64,000 bases of DNA from the NCBI GenBank assembly GCA_044344255.1, contig JBIJDH010000012.1, positions 64,001-128,000 on the forward strand, written 5' to 3'. This document shows positions 9,318 to 18,768 of the stretch, one piece after another (positions within the stretch are counted from its first letter, which is position 1; each line of letters begins with the position of its first letter). Source of the DNA: Myxococcota bacterium. Lineage in GTDB: Bacteria > Myxococcota_A > UBA796 > UBA2385. A program made the translations under genes and the position numbers. The notes beneath the pieces are model-generated. The model searched no databases and was not told where the DNA came from. It saw only the letters and a list, made by a program, of their open reading frames with translations.

Positions 9318-9430
9318 CGGCGCCTTCATCCGCCCGCAGAGCCACGTCGCCAGCGCCTCCTCGATGGCCGTGAACCTCCTCCTCGGCGACCTGCTCGGGA
9401 TGGCCGCGGTCCCCTCGCTCAGCGCCGTCG
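9318..9430 (+). pseudogene. Eroded relic of the 3' half of the TSUP gene
   Basis: Three joined segments match 5995-6020, about 6141-6183 and about 6265-6312 with few mismatches. Confidence 0.8.
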
Positions 9431-9553
9431 AGCGGAAAGGGGCTGAATGGGTCTGCCAGGATGAGGTGCTCGCGCTGGTGAGTGAGCTGAGCTACGTGTG
9501 GAGTTACATTGTCGTCGTGACGGAAAACAATGGAGAGTGTCCGGTCTAGCCGC

Positions 9554-11761
9554 TCAGGGCCGCACGGACAGGAGCGCCCGCAGGCGCGCGAGGCTCAGGG
9601 GCTTTCCGACCGCGTCGGCGAAGCCCGCGGCGAGGAGCTGGGGCACCACCGAGGGATCGACGGCCCCCGACACGGCGATCACCGGGGGGCAGGCGGGGAG
9701 GCTCTGCAGGGCGCTGAGCGCGGCGACGCCGTCCATCCCGGGCATGTGGAGGTCGAGCAGCACGAGATCGTAGGGGGTTCGGGCCACCTCGGCCACGGCG
9801 GCCTCGCCGGAGGCCACCACTGTCGGCTCGGCCCCCGCCGCGCTCAGGAGGTCGACCATGACCTCGCGGATCATCGGGTCATCATCGGCGAAGAGCACCC
9901 GCGGGCGCTTGCGCACCACGGGGGTCACCGGTGGCGAGGGCGGGGCCTGGGCGGGCAAGGGCAGGAGCAGGCGGAAGGTGGTGCCTGCCCCCTCCTCGGA
10001 GGAGAAGCTGAGCTGGCCGCCCATGTCGCGCACGATGCGCTGGACGATCGCGAGGCCCAGCCCCGAGCCCCCGTGCCGCCGCGCCGGGGTGACGTCGGCC
10101 TGGTAGAAGGGCTCGAAGAGGCGGTCCCGGGCCGCGGCCTTGACGCCAATGCCGGTGTCCTCCACCTCGACCCGAAGGCCCTCCCGGTCGTGGGAGAGGC
10201 GGAGAGAGACCCCGCCTGCGTCGGTGAACTTGATCGCGTTGAACACGAGGTTCACGAGGACCTGCCGCACGCGCGCGGCGTCGCCGAGCAGCCGCCCCGG
10301 CAAGGCGCCTTCGCCCTGGACCGACAGGGTGAGGCCCTTGGCGCGGCGCGCGGTCTCGACGATGTCCTGCACCTGCTGCACCACCTGGGCCGGATCGAAG
10401 GGCTCACGGGCCAGCTCGAGCTTCCCGGCGTCGATCATCGAGAAATCGAGCACGTCACCGATCGTGGACAGCAGGGTCGAGGCCGAGGTGGTGATGACCC
10501 GCACGAGGCGCCGCTGGCCGACGTCGAGGGGCTGGAGGTCGAGCAGCTCTGCCGCGCCGAGGATGCTCGTCAGCGGCGTGCGCATCTCGTGTGACATCAC
10601 CGCGAGGAAGCGCCCGCGGGCCTCGGAGGCCGCCGCCACCTCGGCCATCGCGGCTTGGAGGCGGATGTTCTCCTGGGCCGCCCGCGCCGCGAGCTCCCGG
10701 GCCTGGCGGCCTTCGAAGCGGGCCTGGAGGGAGGCGACCCGGTCGGCGACGGCGTGGGACTGGACCTCCTCGCGGATGCGGGCGGCCGCGCGTTCGAAGC
10801 GCAGCGCTCCGGCGAGGTCCTGCTCGACCTCACAGGCCTGGGCGAGCAGGGCGAGGGCGTCCGCCTCGTGCTTTCGGAGGCCGATGGTGCGGGCCAGGGT
10901 GAGCGCGGCCTCGGCCTCGACCCGCCCTTCGGCGACCCTCCCCTCGGCGAGGGCGACGCGGCCGAGCGCGATCCGGGAGCCCACCACGCCCCGGGCGTGG
11001 CCCGACGCCAGCCGCAGCGAGAGGGCGCGGGCGTGGTGCGCCGCAGCCCCCGCCCGGTCCCCCTGGGCCTCGAGGCGCTCTCCGAGGTTGGAGAGCGCGT
11101 TGGCCAGCACGCTCTGATCGGGGCTCTCCAGCGCGAGCGCGATGGCGGTGCGGTAGGCCCGCTCCGCCGCGACGACGTCGCCGGCGTCCTCCAGCACGAG
11201 GCCGAGGTTGCTCTGGAGGTTCGCTCGGACGGCGGCCGAGGCGCCCTCGCCGAAGAGGGCCAAGGCCCGCCGCATGTGGGCCTCGGCGCGGGCGGTGTCG
11301 TGTGTCCGCCAGGCGACGAGGCCGAGGTTGTTGTGGACCCTGCCGAGGCGCTGCGGATCATCGAGCCCCTCGAGGCCCTCGGCGGCCGCGGTGTAGCGGC
11401 GCGCCGCCTCGTCGTAGTCGGCGCGCTCGAGGGCGATGCTGCCGAGCAGCATGGCGGCGTCGGCGAGGGACTCCGGGGAGCCGAGGCCGCTCAGGGCCGT
11501 GAGGGACTCGCTGGCCCGGGCCTCGGCGGCGTCGTATCGACCCTCAAAGAAGTCGGCGTGGGCGACGAGCAGGGGGGTGAGCGCGGCCCCGAGCGGGCTG
11601 CCCCCGTGGCTCCGACGGAAGCCCTCCACCACCGGCTCGCCGCCCCGCGGGGCCGCGCGGAGGGCCTCGACGCTCAAGCGAAAGGCGGCGGCGGCGTCAA
11701 CAGGCGTTTGCGCGGTGAGGTGCACAGGGGAGAGGCTACTCTCGTCGGTGTGCGCCGCCAA
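9554..11761 (-). CDS. TPR-repeat hybrid sensor histidine kinase / response regulator
   Basis: TPRs (HNNLGLV, SNLGLV, LSNLGE); H-box FLAVMSHEMRTPL; N-box NLVFNAIKFT; G1 DTGIG; G2 GGSGLGL; receiver LFADDD...LLDLHMPGMDG...KP. Confidence 0.95.
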   Translation of the reverse strand: MAAHTDESSLSPVHLTAQTPVDAAAAFRLSVEALRAAPRGGEPVVEGFRRSHGGSPLGAALTPLLVAHADFFEGRYDAAEARASESLTALSGLGSPESLADAAMLLGSIALERADYDEAARRYTAAAEGLEGLDDPQRLGRVHNNLGLVAWRTHDTARAEAHMRRALALFGEGASAAVRANLQSNLGLVLEDAGDVVAAERAYRTAIALALESPDQSVLANALSNLGERLEAQGDRAGAAAHHARALSLRLASGHARGVVGSRIALGRVALAEGRVAEGRVEAEAALTLARTIGLRKHEADALALLAQACEVEQDLAGALRFERAAARIREEVQSHAVADRVASLQARFEGRQARELAARAAQENIRLQAAMAEVAAASEARGRFLAVMSHEMRTPLTSILGAAELLDLQPLDVGQRRLVRVITTSASTLLSTIGDVLDFSMIDAGKLELAREPFDPAQVVQQVQDIVETARRAKGLTLSVQGEGALPGRLLGDAARVRQVLVNLVFNAIKFTDAGGVSLRLSHDREGLRVEVEDTGIGVKAAARDRLFEPFYQADVTPARRHGGSGLGLAIVQRIVRDMGGQLSFSSEEGAGTTFRLLLPLPAQAPPSPPVTPVVRKRPRVLFADDDPMIREVMVDLLSAAGAEPTVVASGEAAVAEVARTPYDLVLLDLHMPGMDGVAALSALQSLPACPPVIAVSGAVDPSVVPQLLAAGFADAVGKPLSLARLRALLSVRP

Positions 11762-11791
11762 GACGAACGTTCGCCGGGCTCCTGACCGCGC

Positions 11792-12457
11792 TCAGGGGCA
11801 GGAGAAGACGGTGAGCGGCGGGGCGCGGAGGAGGGCCCGGACGGGCATCTCCTCGACGAGTCCCGCCGCCTCCGCCTCGGCGAGGACCCGCAGCTTGTCG
11901 AGCCCCTCGACGTGCAGCGCCCGGAACCCACAGCGGAGGAGGCCCGGGAGGGTGAGGGTCCAGCGGGCCTCCGGCTGGCCGCGGGGGCGGGCGAGGCCGA
12001 GCTCGGCGCGCCCCGCGGGGTCGAGCAGCGCGGCGAGGCCGGGATCATCGGGGAAGAGCGAGGCCGTGTGACCGTCCAGCCCCATCCCGAGCACGAGGAC
12101 GTCGGGCGGCCCCTCCAAGAGGGTGAGGCAGGGCGCTCCCGCGTCGTCGACCAGCGGCATGAAACGCGCGGCGGCGGCGGGCCCCTGCAGGAGCCGCTCG
12201 CGGACGAGGCGGTCGTTCCGCCGGGGGTGGCCGGCGGGCACCATCCGCTCGTCGGCGAGGAGGATGGTCACCCGCTCCCAGGCCAGCGCCCGCCCCTGGA
12301 GCTCGACGAAGAGGCGGGCCGGGGTGCTGCCGCCCGAGACGACGAGGCCCGCCTCTCCGCGCGCCTGGATGGCGCTCGAGAGCCGCTCCACCACCGCGTC
12401 GGCGAGGGCGACCGCCAGCGCCGCCGGCCCCGCGAAGCGGCGGTGGGTGGTCACCAC
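11792..12457 (-). CDS. pgl: 6-phosphogluconolactonase
   Basis: VSGGSTP, LADERMVP and LGMGLDGHTASLFP motifs. Confidence 0.93.
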   Translation of the reverse strand: MVTTHRRFAGPAALAVALADAVVERLSSAIQARGEAGLVVSGGSTPARLFVELQGRALAWERVTILLADERMVPAGHPRRNDRLVRERLLQGPAAAARFMPLVDDAGAPCLTLLEGPPDVLVLGMGLDGHTASLFPDDPGLAALLDPAGRAELGLARPRGQPEARWTLTLPGLLRCGFRALHVEGLDKLRVLAEAEAAGLVEEMPVRALLRAPPLTVFSCP

Positions 12458-13941
12458 CGAAGGCGGCCGAGGACCGAGACCCGGCTCATCACCCCTGCGT
12501 CCGCGCCCGCCAGCGCCTCCGAGGGGATGAGGTGGCCGCCCTGGAGGACGAGGGCCGGCTTCGGCTTCACCCAGCCCGAGTGGAGCACCGTGTCGCCGAC
12601 GGTCACCGACCAGTCGAGCTCGGTGCCGAGCGCGTAGCCCTCCGTCGCCTCGCCGAGGTGGTTCGCCGGCGCGCCGCCGTTCCGGTAGGTGGCGAAGGGC
12701 TGGCTGATCGGCGCGCTCGCCCAGGCCAGCATCACGCCGCCCTGGAGCTTCACCCAGGGGAGCGGCTTGCCGGAGACGATCGGCTGGACGAAGGAGGCCC
12801 GGCGCACGGCGCCCTCGGTGACCACCGCGTCGACGCCGTCGGGGGGCACGGCGGCGTGCTCGCCGTCGGTGAGCTGGTTGTACGCCCCCTGCTCGACGGC
12901 CCCCATGAGCTCGTCGAAGAGCACCATCCCGGCGTCGAAGTCGCGGTCGAAGGCGAAGTCGTGCAGCGTGTCGTCGTCGGGGTCACCATCGCCCGAGGCC
13001 CAACCGCCGCGGAGCGTGGTGACGAGGCGGTCCTCGCGGGTGCCCCAAGCGGCCAGGGCGGTGAGCCCCGCCGACCGGACCTTCAAGGACTCTCGTGCGT
13101 TGTAGGTGGCCGAACGACTCGTGTCTCCGGCGATGCCCGCCGCCTCCAGCCCGAGGCGCAGCGCCTGTCCGTCGGCCAGCGGGATGGGCTGCTCCGCCCA
13201 GAGGTCAGTGACCCACACCGTCGTCTTGCGTTGGTCGTCGGCCTCGGTCTGGTGCCGATAGACCTCATAGACGCCGTACCGCGCTCCGCTCTTGGGGGCA
13301 TAGAGGATCGAGCCCACGCCCTGATAGACCGACTGGTCCTCCGACCAGCGGGCGGTGTCGTCGGCCACCACCCGATCCCCGGCCACGGTGAGGTAGAGCG
13401 GGAGGCGCTCCCCCTTGGCCTTGAAGGGGGCGGTGCTGAGGCGGAGGCGGAGCACCCGATCTCCGAACTCGGTGCGTCCGAAGTAGGGATCGTGGGCGCC
13501 GTCATTGGCGACCATGCCGAGGCCCCACTGGGAGGTCACGAGGCCGGCCTCGATCTGCAGGGGCTTCAGGTTGGCCTGCAGGGAGGCCCGCCGCGGCACC
13601 TGGGAGTCGAGGTCAAAGACGTCGACCTCACCCCTCCCCCGCTCGTCCTCGGGCCCGAGGTCCCACGCGTCGCCGGCGAGCTGCCCGGAGACGAGGTCAC
13701 CCTCGAGGTTGGCGAGGAAGACGCCGCCCTGGAGCTGGAGGCCGAGGCGGGCCCGGCTGTCGAGGTGCGGGCCCTGCCCCACCTCCTCGCCGTCGGTGTT
13801 GACCACGAAGTCGGGCGGGAGCTCGAGGTCGAAGCGGAGCTCGCCGGTCGTGTGGAGCCAGGACGGCCCCGGCGCCCGCACGGCGGGATCGACGACAGGC
13901 TGCTCCGCCAGGGCGGTGAGCGTGAGGAGCAACAGGTTCAC
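12451..13941 (-). CDS. Probable outer-membrane beta-barrel protein (alginate-export-like)
   Basis: Signal peptide, amphipathic beta-strands, ASGDGDP motif, C-terminal aromatic (LGRLRW); GTGA coupling to the upstream gene. Confidence 0.6.
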   Translation of the reverse strand: MNLLLLTLTALAEQPVVDPAVRAPGPSWLHTTGELRFDLELPPDFVVNTDGEEVGQGPHLDSRARLGLQLQGGVFLANLEGDLVSGQLAGDAWDLGPEDERGRGEVDVFDLDSQVPRRASLQANLKPLQIEAGLVTSQWGLGMVANDGAHDPYFGRTEFGDRVLRLRLSTAPFKAKGERLPLYLTVAGDRVVADDTARWSEDQSVYQGVGSILYAPKSGARYGVYEVYRHQTEADDQRKTTVWVTDLWAEQPIPLADGQALRLGLEAAGIAGDTSRSATYNARESLKVRSAGLTALAAWGTREDRLVTTLRGGWASGDGDPDDDTLHDFAFDRDFDAGMVLFDELMGAVEQGAYNQLTDGEHAAVPPDGVDAVVTEGAVRRASFVQPIVSGKPLPWVKLQGGVMLAWASAPISQPFATYRNGGAPANHLGEATEGYALGTELDWSVTVGDTVLHSGWVKPKPALVLQGGHLIPSEALAGADAGVMSRVSVLGRLRW

Positions 13942-16900
13942 GGCGTCTCCAGCGCGGGGATCCAGGAACAGGAGCCGTCTTCGAGGCAGGGGTCGTCGGT
14001 GACCGAGGTGCCGCCGCTCGCGAGGTAGGAGCCGATCTGGAAGATGGCGAAGGTGTTGATGTCGAAGGGCAGCGCCACGTCTGGGGTGCCGAAGCCGTGC
14101 TGCCCCGTGGTGCGCACATAGGGCATGCGGAGGGCCGAGACCCCCACGCCGGTCTCGGTGACGAGCCGCAGCGGGGCCTCGGAGGGGGCGCCGGTGCCGT
14201 CTTGACCGTCATCGAGGTCATCGGGGTCAAACAGACAGGGGGTGCCGTCGGCGCAGGTCTGTCCGCCGTGCTCCTCCAGGCCCTGAATGACCCCCTTCTC
14301 GGCGAGCCAGGCGTCGACGGTCATCCCGTAGCGGTCGTCGATGGCGTCCTGCTCGATGAGGCCGGCCGCCCGGGCGAGGGCGACGCCGGTGTTGATGTTG
14401 ACGATCGGATCGCCGGGAACGGGCATGATGAGCACGTTGTGGGCCACGCCGCCGAGTGACTCGACTGGCCGCTCCCAGAGCAGCGGGCCATAGGCGATAG
14501 GGTCCCCCGGCTCGAGGATCATCGCGAAGGTCATCGCGAGGCGCCGGAGGTCGGGGGTGTTTCGCGGGTGCCCGAAGCCATAGGAGCCGGCGACCAGCGT
14601 CGAGCCGGCGGGCATCACCACACCCTCGTGGGTCGTGTCCTGGGCCCACTCGGAGACGGTGTGGACCTCGGCGCCGCTGGCGTCAAAGACGTGCACCACG
14701 AGCGAGTCACCGAGGAGGGTGGTGTCCTCGACCGGGAAGGTCTGTCCTTCGGCTGGCCCCTCGAGCGGCATCCCGGCGACGACCCGCTTCTCATAGGGAT
14801 CGAGGGCGTCGGCGGCGATCGAGAGGCGGAAGCTGCCGTCCTCCCGAAGGTGGGCAGAGACAAGGTCACCGGTGTGGAGGTTCTCCACCTCGACGTGGCC
14901 GCCCGCGGGGAAGCTCGGCAGGGTGGCGATGCGCAGGGCGACCATGTCGGTGACCGAATTGACCACCATCACGAGGTCGAGGCCGCCCTCGGCGGTGGGG
15001 TAACCGGCGACGAGGGGGGTCATCAGGCGGCCGGCCATGGCCTCGACGGCCCCGCCGATCTCGGTGCGGAGCGCGATGTCGAGCAGCCCGCCGCCCGGCA
15101 CGATGGGCACGGTGGCGCCGAGCTCGGGCATAACGGCGGTGGCCACCGCGACGTTGATGCCGCCGAGCGAGCCGCCGCTCGCGGTGTAGGTGGCGTCCAT
15201 GCCGCCGACGTCGGCGGTGCCGTCCCCGTCCCAGTCGCAGCTCACCGCCTCCCCGCCGCCCGGCAGCGCCATCGTGCCGCTCCCGCAGGCCTGCAGGGCG
15301 CGGGTGAGCTGAATCCAGTCGACCGCGGCCTGGCGCACCATGTCGCGGGTGTGGAAGGCGTCGGCGGTCCACTGGTCACCGCCGGAGTCGCGCCGCCCGT
15401 CGTTGTTCAGGTCGCGGTAGCGGGCGTCCTGGAGGTGGGTGAGGAAGGTCGACAGGCCGCGGGCCTGCAGGATGCTGTCGATCAGCACGAGGTCTTGCGG
15501 GTCGATGCTCGGGCCGTGCCCGGGGTAGTCGATGGCGCAGGCGGCCATCCCCATCCGATTGGCCACCCAGGCGAAATTGAGCATGTCGAAGCGGCTCGAG
15601 CCGTATCCGTGGCCCCAGAGGGCGACGTCATAGGGCTGGGACAGGCCCTCTCGCGCCATCGGCAGGGTGCAGGTGAAGGGGACCCGCGCGGCCTGGGCCG
15701 CCACCTCGCCGGTGGTGGCGTCGAGCTTCCACCACTCGTCGGCGTCGTCGTAGCCGCCGTCGTCGCGGTCGGCGAGGAGGTAGGGGGTCTGGTAGGAGCC
15801 GCCCACCAGCGCCGCGGTGAACTGTGTGTAGTTGGCGACGAAGACGGCCCCCTCCTTGTCGGGGTCATAGAGGCCGAGGTCGGTGAGCGTCTGCACGAGC
15901 ACGTCGGCCGGGAGCCACCAGGTCTCGGGCACGCCGCTCATCTCGTGCATCGGCAGGGCCTCCTGCACCGCGGCGGGGAAGCGCCCGGCGAGGGCCTTGA
16001 AGGGCCCCTCTCCGCGGAGGCCCCGGCTCACGTCTACGAGCTCGCCGGTGGCGTTGCCGGTGGTGAAGGTCCAGGCGTAGGCGACATGATCGACCGAGAG
16101 GCCGAGGGCGGGCAGGGCGTCCTCGAGCGGCGACAGGGCGGCCGTCTGTCGGGTGTGGTTCACGTACTGCCAGGGCGAGCGCACCGGGCTGCCGTCGAGG
16201 CCGACGAGGCGGTCGGTGAGCACGACGGCGTAGGTGGTCTGCTCGCGCAGCGGGCGCACCGGCCGGGCGATGAGCGTGTTCGTCTCAATCTCATACCAGG
16301 TAAGGAGGTCAGCCCGGGGGTCGCCGCCCTCGGGCCAGACGTTCGGGTGGTCGAGCACGCCGTCGTCATCGGTGTCCTCGCCGGGGTCTAGCAGGCCGTT
16401 GTCGTTGAGATCCTCCTCGGCGGTCTCGAAGACGAGGGTGGGGCTGTCCATGCGGGCGTCGTTGGTGGGCAGGCCGACGCCGTCGAGGGAGATGGGGAAG
16501 TACCGATCCGTCTTGACGACGTCGTAGGGGTAGCGCCCCTCCCCGAGGTCGAGGGCCACCGGCTTGAGGTAGTCCGGAGAGTCGGGATCGACGTTGATGA
16601 CGAGCAGGGCGTCATCGTCGAAGCGCGCGGCGCCGACGCGGGGGTCGTCCTTGTGGCGGGCGGCGACGTCCGCGAGGTCAACCCGGGCGTCAAAGCCCAC
16701 CCAGATCGGGGCGTAGACGCCGAAGCCTGCGAGCTCGTCGAGCTTCTTGCGGGCCTCGGACTCCTGGAAGGTGTGGGCGAGCTGCGACACGTTCAAGCGG
16801 AGCCCGGTGGGGCTGCTGCGGTCGAGGCGAGTGGCGAGGTCATTCGGGAAGGGGATGTCGGGCAGGGGCTCGGCGTCCCAGTCCACGCGGACGACGGGGC

Positions 16901-17021
16901 CATCGCCGTCGGGGGTCTCGCGGAGGCCCTCCGGGTAGGCCGCGCAGGCCGACACCAGGCTGGTGGCCAGCAGGAGGCACAGGCCCGGGGCCAGGACGAA
17001 CGGGGAGGAGGTGCGGTGCAT
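13938..17021 (-). CDS. Large lipoprotein with Ig-like region and alpha/beta-hydrolase (lipase-like) domain
   Basis: Lipobox LVSAC; IPFPND; oxyanion-like WGHGYG; AIDYPGHG; nucleophile elbow GGSLGG; Ca-binding-like DLNDNGLLDPGEDTDDDG; start reassigned to MHRTSS (17021). Confidence 0.7.
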   Translation of the reverse strand: MHRTSSPFVLAPGLCLLLATSLVSACAAYPEGLRETPDGDGPVVRVDWDAEPLPDIPFPNDLATRLDRSSPTGLRLNVSQLAHTFQESEARKKLDELAGFGVYAPIWVGFDARVDLADVAARHKDDPRVGAARFDDDALLVINVDPDSPDYLKPVALDLGEGRYPYDVVKTDRYFPISLDGVGLPTNDARMDSPTLVFETAEEDLNDNGLLDPGEDTDDDGVLDHPNVWPEGGDPRADLLTWYEIETNTLIARPVRPLREQTTYAVVLTDRLVGLDGSPVRSPWQYVNHTRQTAALSPLEDALPALGLSVDHVAYAWTFTTGNATGELVDVSRGLRGEGPFKALAGRFPAAVQEALPMHEMSGVPETWWLPADVLVQTLTDLGLYDPDKEGAVFVANYTQFTAALVGGSYQTPYLLADRDDGGYDDADEWWKLDATTGEVAAQAARVPFTCTLPMAREGLSQPYDVALWGHGYGSSRFDMLNFAWVANRMGMAACAIDYPGHGPSIDPQDLVLIDSILQARGLSTFLTHLQDARYRDLNNDGRRDSGGDQWTADAFHTRDMVRQAAVDWIQLTRALQACGSGTMALPGGGEAVSCDWDGDGTADVGGMDATYTASGGSLGGINVAVATAVMPELGATVPIVPGGGLLDIALRTEIGGAVEAMAGRLMTPLVAGYPTAEGGLDLVMVVNSVTDMVALRIATLPSFPAGGHVEVENLHTGDLVSAHLREDGSFRLSIAADALDPYEKRVVAGMPLEGPAEGQTFPVEDTTLLGDSLVVHVFDASGAEVHTVSEWAQDTTHEGVVMPAGSTLVAGSYGFGHPRNTPDLRRLAMTFAMILEPGDPIAYGPLLWERPVESLGGVAHNVLIMPVPGDPIVNINTGVALARAAGLIEQDAIDDRYGMTVDAWLAEKGVIQGLEEHGGQTCADGTPCLFDPDDLDDGQDGTGAPSEAPLRLVTETGVGVSALRMPYVRTTGQHGFGTPDVALPFDINTFAIFQIGSYLASGGTSVTDDPCLEDGSCSWIPALETP

Positions 17022-17163
17022 GCGGAGGACCCCACGGAGGCCCCGGCGGCGGCGCCAGGACGAGTACCAGACCGACGGAGGATATGACGCCCTCGCGCGG
17101 ACGGGTAGGTGGGCGCTCGGACTGCGTCCGTCTCCGCTATGATGGACCACCCCCGGAGCCCGC

Positions 17164-18756
17164 ATGTCCGCCCTCTCCCCGCTGCTCTTCCCGCTGCTCC
17201 TGCCGCTCTGGGCGCTCTCCGCTTGCCGCTCGACGAGCGCCGCCGGCAAGGCCGGGGCCGACACCGCCGCGGCCCAGGGCGACGACGAGGACGGCGACGG
17301 CGTACTGGCCGGCGAGGACTGCGACGATCAGGACGCGTCCACCTCCCCCGCCGCCGCCGAGATCTGCGATGGGGTCGACAACAACTGCGACGGGCAGGTC
17401 GATGAGGGCGTCACCGCCGCGTGGTACGCCGACGAAGACGGGGACGGCTTCGGAGACCCCTCGGCCCACTTCGAGGCCTGCGAGGGGGCCGCGGGTGCCG
17501 TGGCCAATGACTCGGACTGCGACGACACGAACGAGCGGGTCTATCCCGGCGCCCCAGACCTCTGCGATGCGCTCGACAATGACTGCGACGGCGAGGTGGA
17601 CGAGGACGGGCTGACCACCTGGTACGCCGACAGCGACGCGGACGGCTTCGGGGACCGCCTCTCCCCCATCGAGGCCTGCGCGCCCCCCGAGGGCTACGTC
17701 AACGACGATCAGGACTGCAACGACGAGACCGCCGAGGCCCACCCCGGCCACGCCGAGGTCTGTGACGAGATCGACAACGACTGCGACGGGGACATCGACG
17801 AGGACGTCGAGCTCACCTGGTACGCCGACCACGACGAGGACGGCTGGGGGCTGCCCGACGAGACCACCGAGGCCTGCTCACAGCCCGCTGGCTACGCCGC
17901 CGAGGCCGGAGACTGCGACGACGACGACCCCGCCTATCACCCCGCCGCGCCCGAGCCGGACTGCACCGATCCGAATGACTACAATTGTGACGGCGCCGTG
18001 GGCTACGCCGATGATGACCTCGACGGCTGGGCCGCCTGCGCGGAGTGTGACGACACCCGCGCCGACATCCACCCCGACGCCCAAGAGGTCTGCGATGGCC
18101 TCGACAACGACTGCGACACCCTCATCGATGACCTCGACGCCAGCCTCGACACCACCACCACCTCCACCTGGTACACCGACGGGGACGGCGACGGTTACGG
18201 CGTAGACAGCGCCCTCGTCCAAGCCTGCAGCGCGCCGGCCGGCACCGCGGCCCGGTCCGACGACTGCGACGACGGCGACGCCGCCCAGAACCCCGGCGCG
18301 GTCGAGGTCTGTAACGGCGAGGACGACGACTGCTCCGCCGTCTCCGACGACGGCGGGGTCTGCCCCTGCGACGTCGAGCACCCGAGCGGTGACACGCTGC
18401 ACCCCTACTTGTTCTGCCAGTCCGCCACGGACTGGGCGACGGCGAGCCTCGCCTGTCAGGCCGTCGGCTACCACCTCGTCACCCTCTCCAGCAGCGACGA
18501 GAACACCTGGGTCGACGACACCGCCGACACCTACTCCACCGAGAAGTGGTGGACCGGCATGAACGACCTCACCACCGAAGGGAGCTGGGGCTGGGCCGAC
18601 GGCAGCGCCGTCCCCTACACAAACTGGAGCTCCGGGGAGCCGAACGACGCCGGCGGCGACGAGGACTGCGGCCAGCTCAACCGCTTCCACCCCATCCCGA
18701 CCTGGAACGACGAGCCCTGTAGCTCCCCCTTCCGATACATCTGCGAATACGAATGA
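17164..18756 (+). CDS. Lipoprotein with multiple Cys/Asp-rich putative metal-binding repeats and a C-terminal C-type lectin domain
   Basis: Lipobox LSAC; repeats DCDD..P.A.E.CDG.DNDCDG.DE and WYAD.DGDG.G; CTLD WTGMND..EG.W.W.DG..YTNW..GEPN..EDC..WNDEPC..YICE. Confidence 0.9.
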   Translation: MSALSPLLFPLLLPLWALSACRSTSAAGKAGADTAAAQGDDEDGDGVLAGEDCDDQDASTSPAAAEICDGVDNNCDGQVDEGVTAAWYADEDGDGFGDPSAHFEACEGAAGAVANDSDCDDTNERVYPGAPDLCDALDNDCDGEVDEDGLTTWYADSDADGFGDRLSPIEACAPPEGYVNDDQDCNDETAEAHPGHAEVCDEIDNDCDGDIDEDVELTWYADHDEDGWGLPDETTEACSQPAGYAAEAGDCDDDDPAYHPAAPEPDCTDPNDYNCDGAVGYADDDLDGWAACAECDDTRADIHPDAQEVCDGLDNDCDTLIDDLDASLDTTTTSTWYTDGDGDGYGVDSALVQACSAPAGTAARSDDCDDGDAAQNPGAVEVCNGEDDDCSAVSDDGGVCPCDVEHPSGDTLHPYLFCQSATDWATASLACQAVGYHLVTLSSSDENTWVDDTADTYSTEKWWTGMNDLTTEGSWGWADGSAVPYTNWSSGEPNDAGGDEDCGQLNRFHPIPTWNDEPCSSPFRYICEYE

Positions 18757-18768
18757 ACCCGACGGGGG

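Noticed and set aside
6377..9553. Possible integron cassette array or prophage remnant
   Set aside because: No integrase, no convincing attC (RYYYAAC...GTTRRRY) structure and no phage genes seen
17280..18370. Regularly spaced repeats that might suggest a CRISPR array
   Set aside because: They are degenerate in-frame protein repeats; no identical repeats with unique spacers and no cas genes
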